From Paraspadella gotoi (Eukaryota > Animalia > Chaetognatha): a stretch of DNA of 64,000 bases. Where the stretch lies: the NCBI GenBank assembly GCA_051294375.1, contig CM119267.1, positions 16,220,543 through 16,284,542 of the forward strand, read 5' to 3'. Below the pieces are notes generated by a model that saw nothing but the letters and a program-made list of their open reading frames with translations, made no database searches and was not told the DNA's origin. Positions 37,627 to 49,687 of the stretch are shown here, piece after piece. The translations under genes and the position numbers were made by a program. The first letter of the stretch is position 1. Each line of letters opens with the position of its first letter.

Positions 37627-39526
37627 ACCGTCGATTCTCGTCCGTCCATCGTGGCGCGGAATCCGAGGCCCCGAAATCAAAGCTGCTTTTTGATTAAAAG
37701 CCTCGCGAAGCTCTCGCTCTTCCCTCGACTCCGCCTCGGGGTTTTATCGCTTCAAAACAAGCCGAGTCTCGGGGTGGAGGCAGGGGAACGGAGAACGAGG
37801 AAAGGTACGGGGGACTAATGGGGTAAGGCTGATGGCGAAAAGCTTGAGAGGGATAGAAGGGCAAAATAGAGATTTATAAATATAAGCCGAATATTTACCG
37901 GTTAACGTTGGAGCGAGACAAGGGAAAAGACGTTGGCATCAGCACCGGCATTGCCGTTGGCGTTGGAACTGGCGTTGGCTTTGGCGTTGGCGCTGAGGTA
38001 AGAAAATCGTGTTGATCGAATCTCTGATGGAATCGACGAATCGGAAACGGAAACGGTCATCCTCGTCGTTCGTCGTCGTTGTGGTCGTTGACTGCGTGGT
38101 CATCGTCGTCGTTGTTCTAGACGATTCCAGCGGTCAGCGCCGCCGTCGTTGTTGACCGTCAACATAATGGGGTTTCCTCCCTTTCAGCCGCAAGAAAAAG
38201 AAAAGGAAAAGAAAAAAAAAAGAAGATCTCTTTTGTCTTCCCTCGTTTTCTTAAATGTAGTTTTTCGTCATCGCGTTTCTCGAACTTTTTCTTTGTCCTT
38301 CTTTGTCCTGCTTCGTCCACTTTTGTCGCTCCCGTTTTCCCTAGATCTTCTTTTGTCCTTGTTGAGTGATGTTTGATCTTAGGTAAATCAACCTTAGCTT
38401 TGTTAGTTTCAACTTTGCTCCGATAACACGGATGTGTAGTAAGGCGTANNNNNNNNNNCTTTTAGAATTTTTGTTTGTAACTTTCACTACGCCTTAATGT
38501 GTAGCTAGAAGAGTTAGTGTAAAAACAGTTTGAAATTAAATGCCTTCCGACGCCAGACAAAAGCCGCCATTCCCGACGTTCGACGCCGTCCCTGACCCCG
38601 AATTTACAACCGTCACGGCTCGACACGTTGAGTGAATAAATTAAAGCGTGACTCGGAGACGCGCGATCTCGTCTCCGCGCGACACTTAATTCCCCGAGTT
38701 TTACTGTAGTCTATTTTCGATCCGGACTCGCGCCCGCCCGGCGTCGCGCGTTTTGGCGCGTTCCGAGCGTTTGTCTGCACGGCCGACGGTAGTTGTTTCG
38801 TTATGGAGTTGGAGACTCGCTTTTTTTTGTTAATAACAAGGGCGAAAATTGACGCGAAGCTTTTTTACTTTGCCAAACCGGTTAGTGGTCAGTGGACACT
38901 ATCAACTGGATAGGAATCCACTCAACTTTTGACAGCGAAAAACTTTTTCTGCATAATTTGTTAAGGCTGACAGTTTATCATTATTATTATCATGATTCTC
39001 TGAACCGATTTAGCATTTCATTTCATAAAATTTGAGTCACCGCACAGCATCCTCAACAACGGACCGTCGGCATCACACTGTTAATTTTGTAGCGCTTTTT
39101 AGTTTTTAATACAACCGATATATTTAACTTTTTCTCCCCATCTCGCTCCTGGTTATAAAATTTTTTTTTTTCCTTCGTTCGTGCGTTTTCTCTCTTCGTA
39201 ATTCCTCGCATAGTGATAGCGTCTCTGGTTAAGGTGAAAAGAGGAAGGGACGAGTTTGATGGGAGGCGCTCGAGAAACAAAAAGGGGGGCGTGCAGGGGG
39301 GGGGGGAAGAAAGGAGTGATGGGTTATGAGGAGAAGGTCCGACCCTGAATTTTTATGGAGAGAGAGAGAGAGAGAGGAGGAGAGAGAGAGAGAAGAGGAG
39401 AGAGAGAGAGGAAGGAGAGAGAGAGGAGAGGAGAGAGAGAGAGAGACATGGACAAAGAAGACAGCTTAAGCTTGTGTTGGCGAATGTAGATGAAAAGACT
39501 GGCCAAAAAAAAAAGGCCTCACAGAA

Positions 39527-39740
39527 GGGCGGGACTTCCCGGCCTCAGAACAACCAGAGGATTTCCAAGAATTGGGGATCGGAATGAGCGGAAGTGACGT
39601 CGCGGCGGATGCAGGGGTGCGTGGCGTTGGAAGTGACGTCGCGGCGCGACGCTCCGTTGTGCGGAGGGGATTAGGATTCCGAGGTTGCGAGGCGGCGTCG
39701 GCGAAGCGGCGGCGAAGCGGCGGCGAAGCGGCGGCGGAGA
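39527..39740. promoter_or_regulatory. CpG-rich promoter-like cluster with duplicated ETS-CRE composite motif
   Basis: GGAAGTGACGTCGCGGCG occurs twice (39590-39607, 39629-39646). GGGCGGGACTTCC at about 39527 and a GGCGAAGCGGC tandem at 39700-39737. No target gene identified. Confidence 0.35.
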
Positions 39741-40157
39741 TCTGATGAGGCGATTTTTCACTAACGCGCTTCGAGGATTTGAATTTGTCGACCAAGCAGT
39801 ATAAACTAATGGCCACTCTAACCCGATGTGACGTTTTGTTTTTCCTCGACCTCCTCTTCCTGGCTCATCATCCTCTTCTTCTTCTTCCTCCTCCTCTTTT
39901 AAGTCTTTCTCTTTTTTTTCTCTTCTTCCCTCAACTTCTTATCCTTCGTCAACTTCGATCCGGGAAATCTTCAATCTTAAAGCTTCAATCCAACTTCTTG
40001 GCGTCTTTCGCCTTTAACTCTCGCAAGATAATCTGTTTTCGTGTTATCCTCTTTTAGTTCCTACTAATTATCTTCTGTTTGTTATGATCTTTATCTCATA
40101 CTACTACTACCAAACGTCATTCTAAAGATCTATTGTCACTATTATTTTCCCTTCTTA

Positions 40158-40194
<37 letters not shown>

Positions 40195-41040
40195 NNNNNN
40201 NNNNNNNNNNNNNNNNNNNNNNNNNNNNNNNNNNNNNNNNNNNNNNNNNNNNNNNNNNNNNNNNNNNNNNNNNNNNNNNNNNNNNNNNNNNNNNNNNNNN
40301 NNNNNNNNNNNNNNNNNNCTCTCATTCTCTCCTTTTTCTCCATATTTTTTTCTCTACACAACCCCGGACATCCCCCTAAGATTCTCTTCCATTCCACAAA
40401 AATACTATTTTCTCATTAAACAATTCAACACAAATTGATTCGGCAAATGAGAAACGGATCATTTTGGCGCCGGGAAAAAGGGGCGCCGTCCGACGGGCGT
40501 CGGAGGCGCCGCGGAAGGCGCGTTGCGAAAACCGGACTAGTTCTTAACCTTTGAACCTGGACGTCGCTTCGTGAAGAAGTTTGCCCAACCTTTGCCTCTT
40601 TTGCGAGATGGCCAGAGGCCGGGGGAAGATAACCACGAGTAACCGTAAACTATTTAAGGACGACCACACAAACTGGGAGATTGACCACGAAATATACTGA
40701 GGACCACAGAATGTGAAAATATGTCAGAGAGCACTTATTTTTTAAATTACGACGCTCTGAGATGCTGGAAGATGGCTTAAACGAAGAGCACCATCGTGAA
40801 AATAATTAACAATCCGAAAATACATTGAACAATTTAAAGCCAAATACAAAATGAATAATAATAAGAAACCTGTATTTGTCAGAAATTTCATAATGGTGAC
40901 GCAGTAAAAATTACTAAAGCCTATGAAGCGGAAACATTAAGCAATCGCGCGTTTCCTTTTTTTATGAAGGTTGTGGGAGGAATGAAACAATAATAAGAAG
41001 AGCATGAAGTATGAAGAAGAAAGAGTGCGAAGGAAAAAAG

Positions 41041-41078
<38 letters not shown>

Positions 41079-41109
41079 AAGAGAGAGAGAGCAGAGAAAT
41101 GAAGAGAGA

Positions 41110-41182
<73 letters not shown>

Positions 41183-42917
41183 GTTAATGTACTGAGACCT
41201 CGTCTGAACCGGACGCGAATGGTCAACTCGAGGATGGATTCATCTCGGACGCACCAAGAATGGAAGACGGAAACGGTCGCGGCCGGGGCGGCCCGTTTCG
41301 AGGGTGGAGGCTTTGGGGGTGGGCCGGGGAGGAGGGTTGGGGTAGGGGCTCAGTGAGGGCGTAGAGAGAGAGGGAGTGAGGGGGTCTCTCTTTTCCGCTC
41401 TGCTCAAAAGGCGTGTCGGGGATTTTTATGGGATCGAGGGTTGAATTGGGTTGCGACTCTCAGTTTGGTTGGGAGATGTTCGGAGGGCAGAGTTCATAAT
41501 TCTTTCGGGGCCTCGCCACTTGGTTGATTTTATTGGGCAGTAGTAATAAGAATAAGACGCGCGGCATTTGAAGGCATTTAATCTTTCCTTTCAACGAAAT
41601 TCGGTATGGGTGAAATGTTTTCGGCATCAATTCTCAAATATTACAAAATATACGTAATTGTGCTTTTGTGTTCGTTCGTTCTTTCGTTCTTTCTTTCTTT
41701 ATTTCTTTCTTTCTTTATTTATTTTTTTTCTTAACTTTTTTTCATTTTTTCCCCCCATTTTTTTATTTGTGTTTTTTAAAAAAATATTTCACAATGTAAT
41801 ATTTCTTTATTCAACAAACATATGTAAGTTACATTGTATTTTACATGTTAATTGTAAGTTACTTTGTAACGATTTATCCCAAATGATTTTGACAACAACC
41901 CCGTCTTGTACTCTATTTTTTTCTTTCCGCAACAGAAACTTTTTTCCAAAGCGACATTCCCGTCTTGAACGACTGTTATGACGAATGAAGAGGAGCCTCG
42001 TTTTTCCAGTTATCTCTTTTCTCGCAGTTCAACTTTTCCCGCGTTGCAACGCGTCGAGCCCTCATGAGATTTAGCTTTTGACTCGTTCCGTCCTGACCCC
42101 GTCCGGGCTCTCCCTCTACCCCACGGCACGGCGTTTCCAAACTCCAGCCAGTCCACTCACAACGTGAATTCACTCGGCATCACTAAATCCAAAGTCACTC
42201 TCCCCGCGCTCTCCCTTCTCTGACTTTCCCCGAAGTTCTCAGCACAGACAGCGATACTTTACCGCCCTTACCCGCCGCCGCGCCCCCCTGATCCCACCTT
42301 CCCACTCGCCGACTCAGACGGGCGAAAAGGTTTTTCGAAGAGATAAACGTTTCGCCAGCAGAAACCAGATAAACTCGACGTTTATTCCTTTTTAGACGCC
42401 AGACATTGGCGATGCCGAGAACTCATTGCTCATCGCTCGAAAGTTGAACTTAAAAGCTAATTGCGGCTTGTCGGAAATATTTTTAAAGAAAAAATATTTT
42501 ATTAACACGGAACCAATTTCCTACTTTCAAAGGCGATTTCGTGATCATTTCAAAATATCTTTCTTTCAATTGGTAATAAACACCTGAACTCCCTCGAACT
42601 AGTAAATTTTCTGCGTGAACTGTCTGGTGACTACTAACTAGTGACTTCGCCAATACTTTCGCTCCGATGAAAACCCCTTTTTAAGACATCAGGGAACTTC
42701 CTTGGCGTTTCTTCTCTTTTTTTATTTTGAAAACGAGGCTCGGATTCTGCAGCGTCGCTCAACCGTCACACCATTGGTCTCCGGACAGTCCCTTCCTCCT
42801 CCTCCTACTCCTCCTCCTCCTCCTCCTCCATTCACTCCCCCCAGGGATTAGCGGCATCCGGTCCCAACGCCTCGACGATGCTCTTCGCGATTGATTGATG
42901 ATTTAAAGGAAGTCTCT

Positions 42918-43006
<89 letters not shown>

Positions 43007-43201
43007 TTTTGCTTTGCGGGAATACGCGTATATTGGATGGGCGAGGGAATAGGGTCTGCTTGCAAGAACGAAGGACAAATCTTTCTTTACGTTTTATTGC
43101 ATTTACTATCTTCATACTATGCTAAATTAAAAATTCAAAATACTTTTCCTTCGTTAATTAAGTTGCAGGATGTAAGATTATTTTGTTTGATCTCCTGAAA
43201 A

Positions 43202-43241
<40 letters not shown>

Positions 43242-43718
43242 ACAGAGACATAGAAAGAGAGAGAGAGTCCATAGCCTTCCTCAGCGACATCTAGCGGAAC
43301 AGAAGTCACTGATGTTCGACTCAAATCTTTTTTCAAACGCGAACAGAGGGTTAACGTCTGCGTGAATGAAAGAGGATGATACCCCGGATGAAGTTGTCGT
43401 CGTCGTCGTCGTCGTCGTCGTCGTAGTCAATGTTTTCGTAGATAATGTTGTATCTTTACCAAACTCGTGCTTCTCGTCGAGTTGTCGCAACTTTTGTTAT
43501 CATTGTCGTTGCAGTCTTTGTCAATTATAATTCACCCGCTTTGTTATTTTCATTATTCTTCAAAACGAGAAGGCGAAATACTTGACTTTCTTTTAACCTC
43601 TTCTTACCTTTCTCTCCCTTAATTCCTACAACCTTCCACCTTAACACTTACCCCCCCCCCTACCGAAAAAAAAGTTTTTGACTGATTATTTCGATGCCGT
43701 ATCCATCATTAATCATCA

Positions 43719-43757
<39 letters not shown>

Positions 43758-44116
43758 TAAATCATCATCATCATCGTCGTCGTCCCAGACTTGGATTTTC
43801 CCCCGATCATTTTCACGAAGGCGAGAAAAAAAAACGTGTGACATTTCGCAACTTTTATTTTTTTTTTAAAGAAAAAATATTTCGATGGTTATGAAAAATA
43901 TTTTATTCGGTTACTTAATCATTTCGTGCAAACCTTCATTTCGAGTCAACACCCTTATGTTTTTACAGAGTTCTCACCCATAAAAATAAAAACTCTTTAC
44001 CACATTCGCGGCCACACCTCGCCCCCCTCATCAACCCCCCCTCTCCTCTCTCTCTGGTTTTTGGTTCCGAGGCCGAGACGCGAAATCGAAGCCAAACAAA
44101 TTAACTTCTTTTTTTT

Positions 44117-44204
<88 letters not shown>

Positions 44205-44936
44205 AGAGAGAAGAGAAAATCTTTTCCGACTGAGATCGAGCGCGAAATTAAGCGAATTTAGGTGGAGCGGCAATAATGGCTGATTGACGGGGAGGTGCGG
44301 GACTCACGGTGTGCCGTTTGGGGTTTGGGGTGGAGAAAGGGAAGTCGAAGCGTTGACTAGGGACTGTGAATGTGTGAATTTTAGGGATGAAATTGAATTC
44401 GCGAGGAATCAAAATTGAACGAAAGATTATTCGCCAGCTCTTTGGCGAATTTGTTAATTCGTCTATTCTATTCATTCATTTCATTAGTTTGATTCGTTCA
44501 TTCGTTCTTTCGTTCATTCATCCACTCATTTTTAAGTATGTATTTCTTGAAAATTCTGCTGAGTCGGCGGTAATAACCGGCCACGGGTCCGTTGACGAAG
44601 GACGTAAGACGTCAAAAATTGTACATTGTTTTTGTTAATTTTAAATTTAAAGTAATTTTATTGGCTTCAACCACAACCAAATCAAATAATAGGAAACAAT
44701 CAAACAACCAAAACGCAATTTAATCGGAAAACTAAAGAAGATCAAATAAATCTTTTCAAGGCCCCATTGTTTTGTTTTGTTTGTTTTTTTTCGACGGGTT
44801 TTCAACCTTTAAAACTCTTTTCAAACTAACGTGACTCCTTCTTATCCAGAAAATAAAATGAACTAAAATGCGGGTAGAAATCCGCGAAAAAGCCACAAAA
44901 ATAAAATACAATCTTCAGGGGAAAAATGACGTGAGC

Positions 44937-44991
<55 letters not shown>

Positions 44992-45169
44992 AGAAAACAA
45001 GAGATTTCTCTCTCTGTGGCGATAAAAACCGGATCAAAGATCTTTTTCTCTTCTTTTCGAATCGGGGCTTTCTTTCTCACCGCCCCTCGAACCTAAAAGT
45101 CAAAATATAATCCAACAACGATTTTTATTCGTGGATTTTTATTTTAAAAAGTCAAAATTAGTTTTCGTT

Positions 45170-47138
45170 ATGAAATCTACAGTTGGCGCGGGGTTGACGA
45201 CGTTGGCGTTGGCCTTTTGTCTCTGCGTTGGAGAAGTGCATTGTCGCGATCTCGATGTCGGTGAGACTTTGAATCCCGAGCGTACCGAGATCCTTTTTTT
45301 AAATCTCAATTTTTTTTTCTCAAATTCAAGTACGTAAGTACTCTCCCTGAACTTATCAAACAATCTAGAGAAAATAGTACCTTCTTAGTATTTTTTTTTC
45401 TGATTATTCACTATTTAGGTTTCATGAGGAAAATTCAACACTGGCGAAACCCTTTCCATTTAAATTTGTTTTACCTTAATTTGTAATGACCATTTAATAA
45501 TTTCTCGGCTTAACCCCCCCCCACTCTCGGTGTCGCTAGACGAAAATCGTTTGAACGAAATCGCGGACGCGTTGAGGAGACAATGGGAAGCGCGCCAAGA
45601 AGGTCCCAACTTTCTGCAGGGTTTGTTCACGCAAGTCGGCAGAACTGTTCAAAACTTCCAGGTGAGGATAATGGGTTAAAGAAGAACTTATCCAAAATGA
45701 TAAGAACTTTAACATGTACTTAGTTTAATGAAACACAAACTCAATCCAAACTAATTTTTCCTTCTTCAGTTTGACAACGCGAAAAAGATGGTGGCGCAAC
45801 TATCGGACTTCACCTCCACCGATTGCGGAAAAGCGTCCGATCCGGTTCACGTGCTTAGCCTAACCATTGAGCCTGAAACTGTCGTCGTTCCTGGCGATGT
45901 CACGATCTCCGCTCAAGTCAAAGTCGCGCGAAACATCACCGGACCGATCAAGGTTTAAATCCTTCATTTGTTCATTCATTTTTTTTCATTTTTTTCGTCG
46001 TATAAACTTACATATCATTTCTCACATCATTCGTTTGACATTGTGATATATAATGTNNNNNNNNNNATAAACTTACGTATCATTTCTCACATCATTCGTT
46101 TGACTTTGTGATATATAATGTTATGAAATTGGTACAACCAATATAAAAATTATTCATTCATTAAAAAATAAGCTATCTTGCCCCTGACTTTAGACAGGCT
46201 TTGGTGATTTAAGGCCTCCATCACTCTTACAAGATAATGACATAGCAGGTCCCTGCGAGCTTTCAATCAAGACTCTCTCACAGTCTCGTTTATTCACTCC
46301 CAGAGTACCTGGCTTCCCTATCAATGAAGTGGAATAAGATTTCAAAGTATGTTTCAATTGTATGAAAAGACCACTCCCTTAAGTATTAGATCGGGGAATA
46401 CTTATTGTACTAGCATCAAAATAAAAGAAGCTGAATTTTATGAAATTCGCGAAAACATTCCCGACTCTCCCGATTTCATTCGGTGCCATCCAGGTGGTCA
46501 TGAAAGTCGAAGTGGAAATCGCGGGAATTTGGGTCGACGTTCCCTGCATCGACAATTTCGGTTCCTGCACCTACGAAGACGTGTGCAAATATCTCCCGAA
46601 GCCTGACGAGGAATGTCCGCCTGCGTTGCAAAAGGTTCGTTGCTTTGTTTCCGTTGCGATGTTGAATTTAGACGTTATAAATATTAGGTCAATAATCATA
46701 TTCATCAATTGTCGATAATGGCTTGAGTTATACAATTACAAAATGAATTTCCCACGAAGGGATAAAGGGTAACTACGGTTAAATAAATAACCTTCGAACA
46801 GTCCTTCTTGCTCGGCAATAAATAAAAAGACAAGAGAAAACAAAATGAGTTTTACTTTTTGTCATAAGAGACTGGACGATGAGGTTTGTTCATCTTAAGG
46901 GCAAAAACCTAATTAAGTCTGTAATTCGAGTCTACCTCGTCCCGATCGTCAGGCCCACATTCCGTGTCGCTGTCCCTTCGCCGCCAATACTTACAAGCTC
47001 AGCGACGGCAAGTTTCAACTGCCAAGCATCAAGATTCCGGTTCCACTGAAGAACATCGATCTGAGAATGACGGCGACCGCTTATCACGGCGGCACGGAGA
47101 TAGGCTGCCTTCATTTGCAGATTAAAGTCCACGTTTGA
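45170..47138 (+). CDS. GM2A: Ganglioside GM2 activator protein (ML / MD-2-related lipid-recognition domain), 240 aa, 5 exons
   Basis: Exons 45170-45260, 45540-45661, 45770-45952, 46494-46634 and 46953-47138, all GT-AG and in phase (723 nt). Signal peptide MKSTVGAGLTTLALAFCLCVGEVHC. Domain DFTSTDCGKASDPVHVLSLTIEPETVVVPGDVTIS...AGIWVDVPCIDNFGSCTYEDVC...ECPPALQKAHIPCRCPF...EIGCLHLQIKVHV has all 8 GM2A-type cysteines. Confidence 0.93.
46131..46359. repeat. About 230-bp dispersed repeat, copy 2 (in GM2A intron 3)
   Basis: Matches 4162-4392. A more diverged fragment lies at about 47860-47940 (TTGCCCCTGACTTT...TCTTACAAGA). Confidence 0.85.
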
Positions 47139-47497
47139 GTTTGAGTCTGCAATGCTCAATGTCAAAATTGTGCTGGGTCCAAATGTGCATGTTGCTGTGA
47201 CATCGGAGTGAGCCGACTCAATGTTATGCCATGGCAATTTTTATTTGAAAAAACTAATTTTCACCCCAAAATTTATTTTATATTATTGTTTATACTCCAT
47301 CGTTAATTTACAGTGAATTACCTTATTTATAAAATATAAATTTAGTATTTAAAGCGGTAATATACTTTTTGTTAGTTTTATCCCATCTTGTCTGTACTAA
47401 TCCATTTTCAGCGACAAGGAGAAGTAAAATAAAAAAAAAGGGCCTGAGGATAAAAATAAAATCGGGATCGCGAATTTTGCTAATATGAGAAGAGAGA

Positions 47498-47581
<84 letters not shown>

Positions 47582-49099
47582 AGAGAAGATAAAAAAGAAA
47601 GAAAGCACCCGGCTTGCGGGTGGCGGGCCGGTGTTCGAGGAAATGATTAAAGGTTGCATGTTGCAAATTGGGTCCTTTCCTTTGGGTCCCTTTCCTTCCT
47701 TTTGGGCTATTTTTAGAAATGGGCGATTTTTTTTTAATCCTTTTTTTTGCTTTCGTCGCTCGAGGCAAAAAAGAAGAAACCCCCGAGAAAGCGATATTTC
47801 AATTCGATTGAGATCGAGGATGAAGAAAGTCTTATGATTCGTGAAGGACGTTAGTATAATTGGTACAATGGTACAAGCATATATACAAGGTTATATTGCC
47901 CCTGACTTTTGTACTGCCATCCTTACATCTTACAAGACCAATCTTAAACGGCCAATTCGAAGATTGAACAGAAAGAAAAATTGGAAAAGAGAAAAAAGAA
48001 GATAGATAGAGTTTACATCGAGATATATTTTTTTTTCCTTTGATCCACTCGACGTTGATCGAGGTCATCATGACCGCCATTCAGTCCGTGACGCTCTGCG
48101 GTTCATCGCGTTGACCTGAAGCAGACGTTGAGACGGAGAGATTGCGTCATTTTTTCTTTGCGCCTAAATTCCGTAGAGAATACGGGTAATGCAATTTACA
48201 TAAAATCGTACATCTTCTATCATTCCATACCCTATGCTCGAGTTGTTATCTTTATTTTCCCCGTCGTTAAGGCAAAGAAAATAGTAAATGAATTTTTTCC
48301 GACATGAAATTCCTCCCCTCCGCGTCACCTTTTTTAGAATTTCGGGAATATCGAACGATTTTGATCGACTAATTCATTAGTAAAAGACTCATTAACGCTC
48401 GTTAGCGATTAATCATTCACATTCCTAAATTTTTTCGGCGTCGAAAGAAGCAAAGCCTCGTTGGTGCGCCGCGTGGCTGCGCCCTTTTGCGGCGCTGCAC
48501 GACAGTGCCTTCGTGCGACGCCGCGCGGCTGTTCCCTCTGGCGACGCCTCATAGAAGCGTGTGTGGCAAACGGACACTTTAGTCCGTCACAGATATACTA
48601 TTGCCAATTTTCCATAGTTCGTATGGGATAGTATATTCTCCTACATCCTAGTGAAATGTTGCAACAATATTATTAAGCTGTTCAATTGTACTATAAATGG
48701 TCCTAAGGATGCTAATTTTTCAAAATAATGCCTGACTTCGTCACCAATTAAAACATACCAAATTTTGGAACTATTTGTGATAAAATGAGTCCCCATATCA
48801 CTTCCCCCTATCATTCCTTCCATCTCTTCTCTCCCACAACTCCCCATTTATCCCTCTCCTTCGAATCTCAGTTTTGGTTCCGGGTTAACGACGACAAATT
48901 ACGGTTTGAACGGAGGCGGCACCAGCGCCGCTGCCGGGGCGGCACCAGCGCCGCAGCCGGGCCGCCGTCTGCGCGGGGTTTCGGCCCTGACGGCACGCGG
49001 GCATGTGGCCTCAATAGGAGGGGAGAAGGGGGCGCCTTTGGGGGAAAGAGGAGGAAGAGAACTGAGAAGGAAGAGGAGAAGGAGAGAGTAAAAACTATT

Positions 49100-49639
49100 T
49101 TTTCGTGGACGAGATATCGAAAAAACGTCACCTAAAAATAAACATCGTGCGACTCTGGGCAATGGCACGGGTTNNNNNNNNNNNNNNNNNNNNNNNNNNN
49201 NNNNNNNNNNNNNNNNNNNNNNNNNNNNNNNNNNNNNNNNNNNNNNNNNNNNNNNNNNNNNNNNNNNNNNNNNNNNNNNNNNNNNNNNNNNNNNNNNNNN
49301 NNNNNNNNNNNNNNNNNNNNNNNNNNNNNNNNNNNNNNNAAAAAAAAAAGAAAAAAAAGAAAGAATCATCATCGGACTCTTACGACCCTCAATGTTAACG
49401 CGACGGAATGAGAGAAGTGACGAATAACGACTGCATGGAACTGCCGCCTGTATCGGGTAAGTTGGCGGAGGGTTAGTTCTCTAATTGAGGAAGTACTGAA
49501 AAAAAATTGAGCCAGTTTATGGTTACTTTAAAATTGTATTCATTAACTTTCTCAATTAGATAATTTATTCTTCGCTTTTCTTTTATGGTGGGAAAGAAAG
49601 TAAGAAAGTTTATGAAGAAAAAGTTTCTCTTTCCACTAG

Positions 49640-49687
<48 letters not shown>

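Noticed and set aside
40608-40700. MARGRGKIT start reminiscent of a MADS box
   Set aside because: The similarity ends immediately and the frame closes after 30 codons.
46001-46102. 55-bp direct repeat in GM2A intron 3
   Set aside because: The copies sit on either side of a 10-N gap, indicating a contig overlap artefact.
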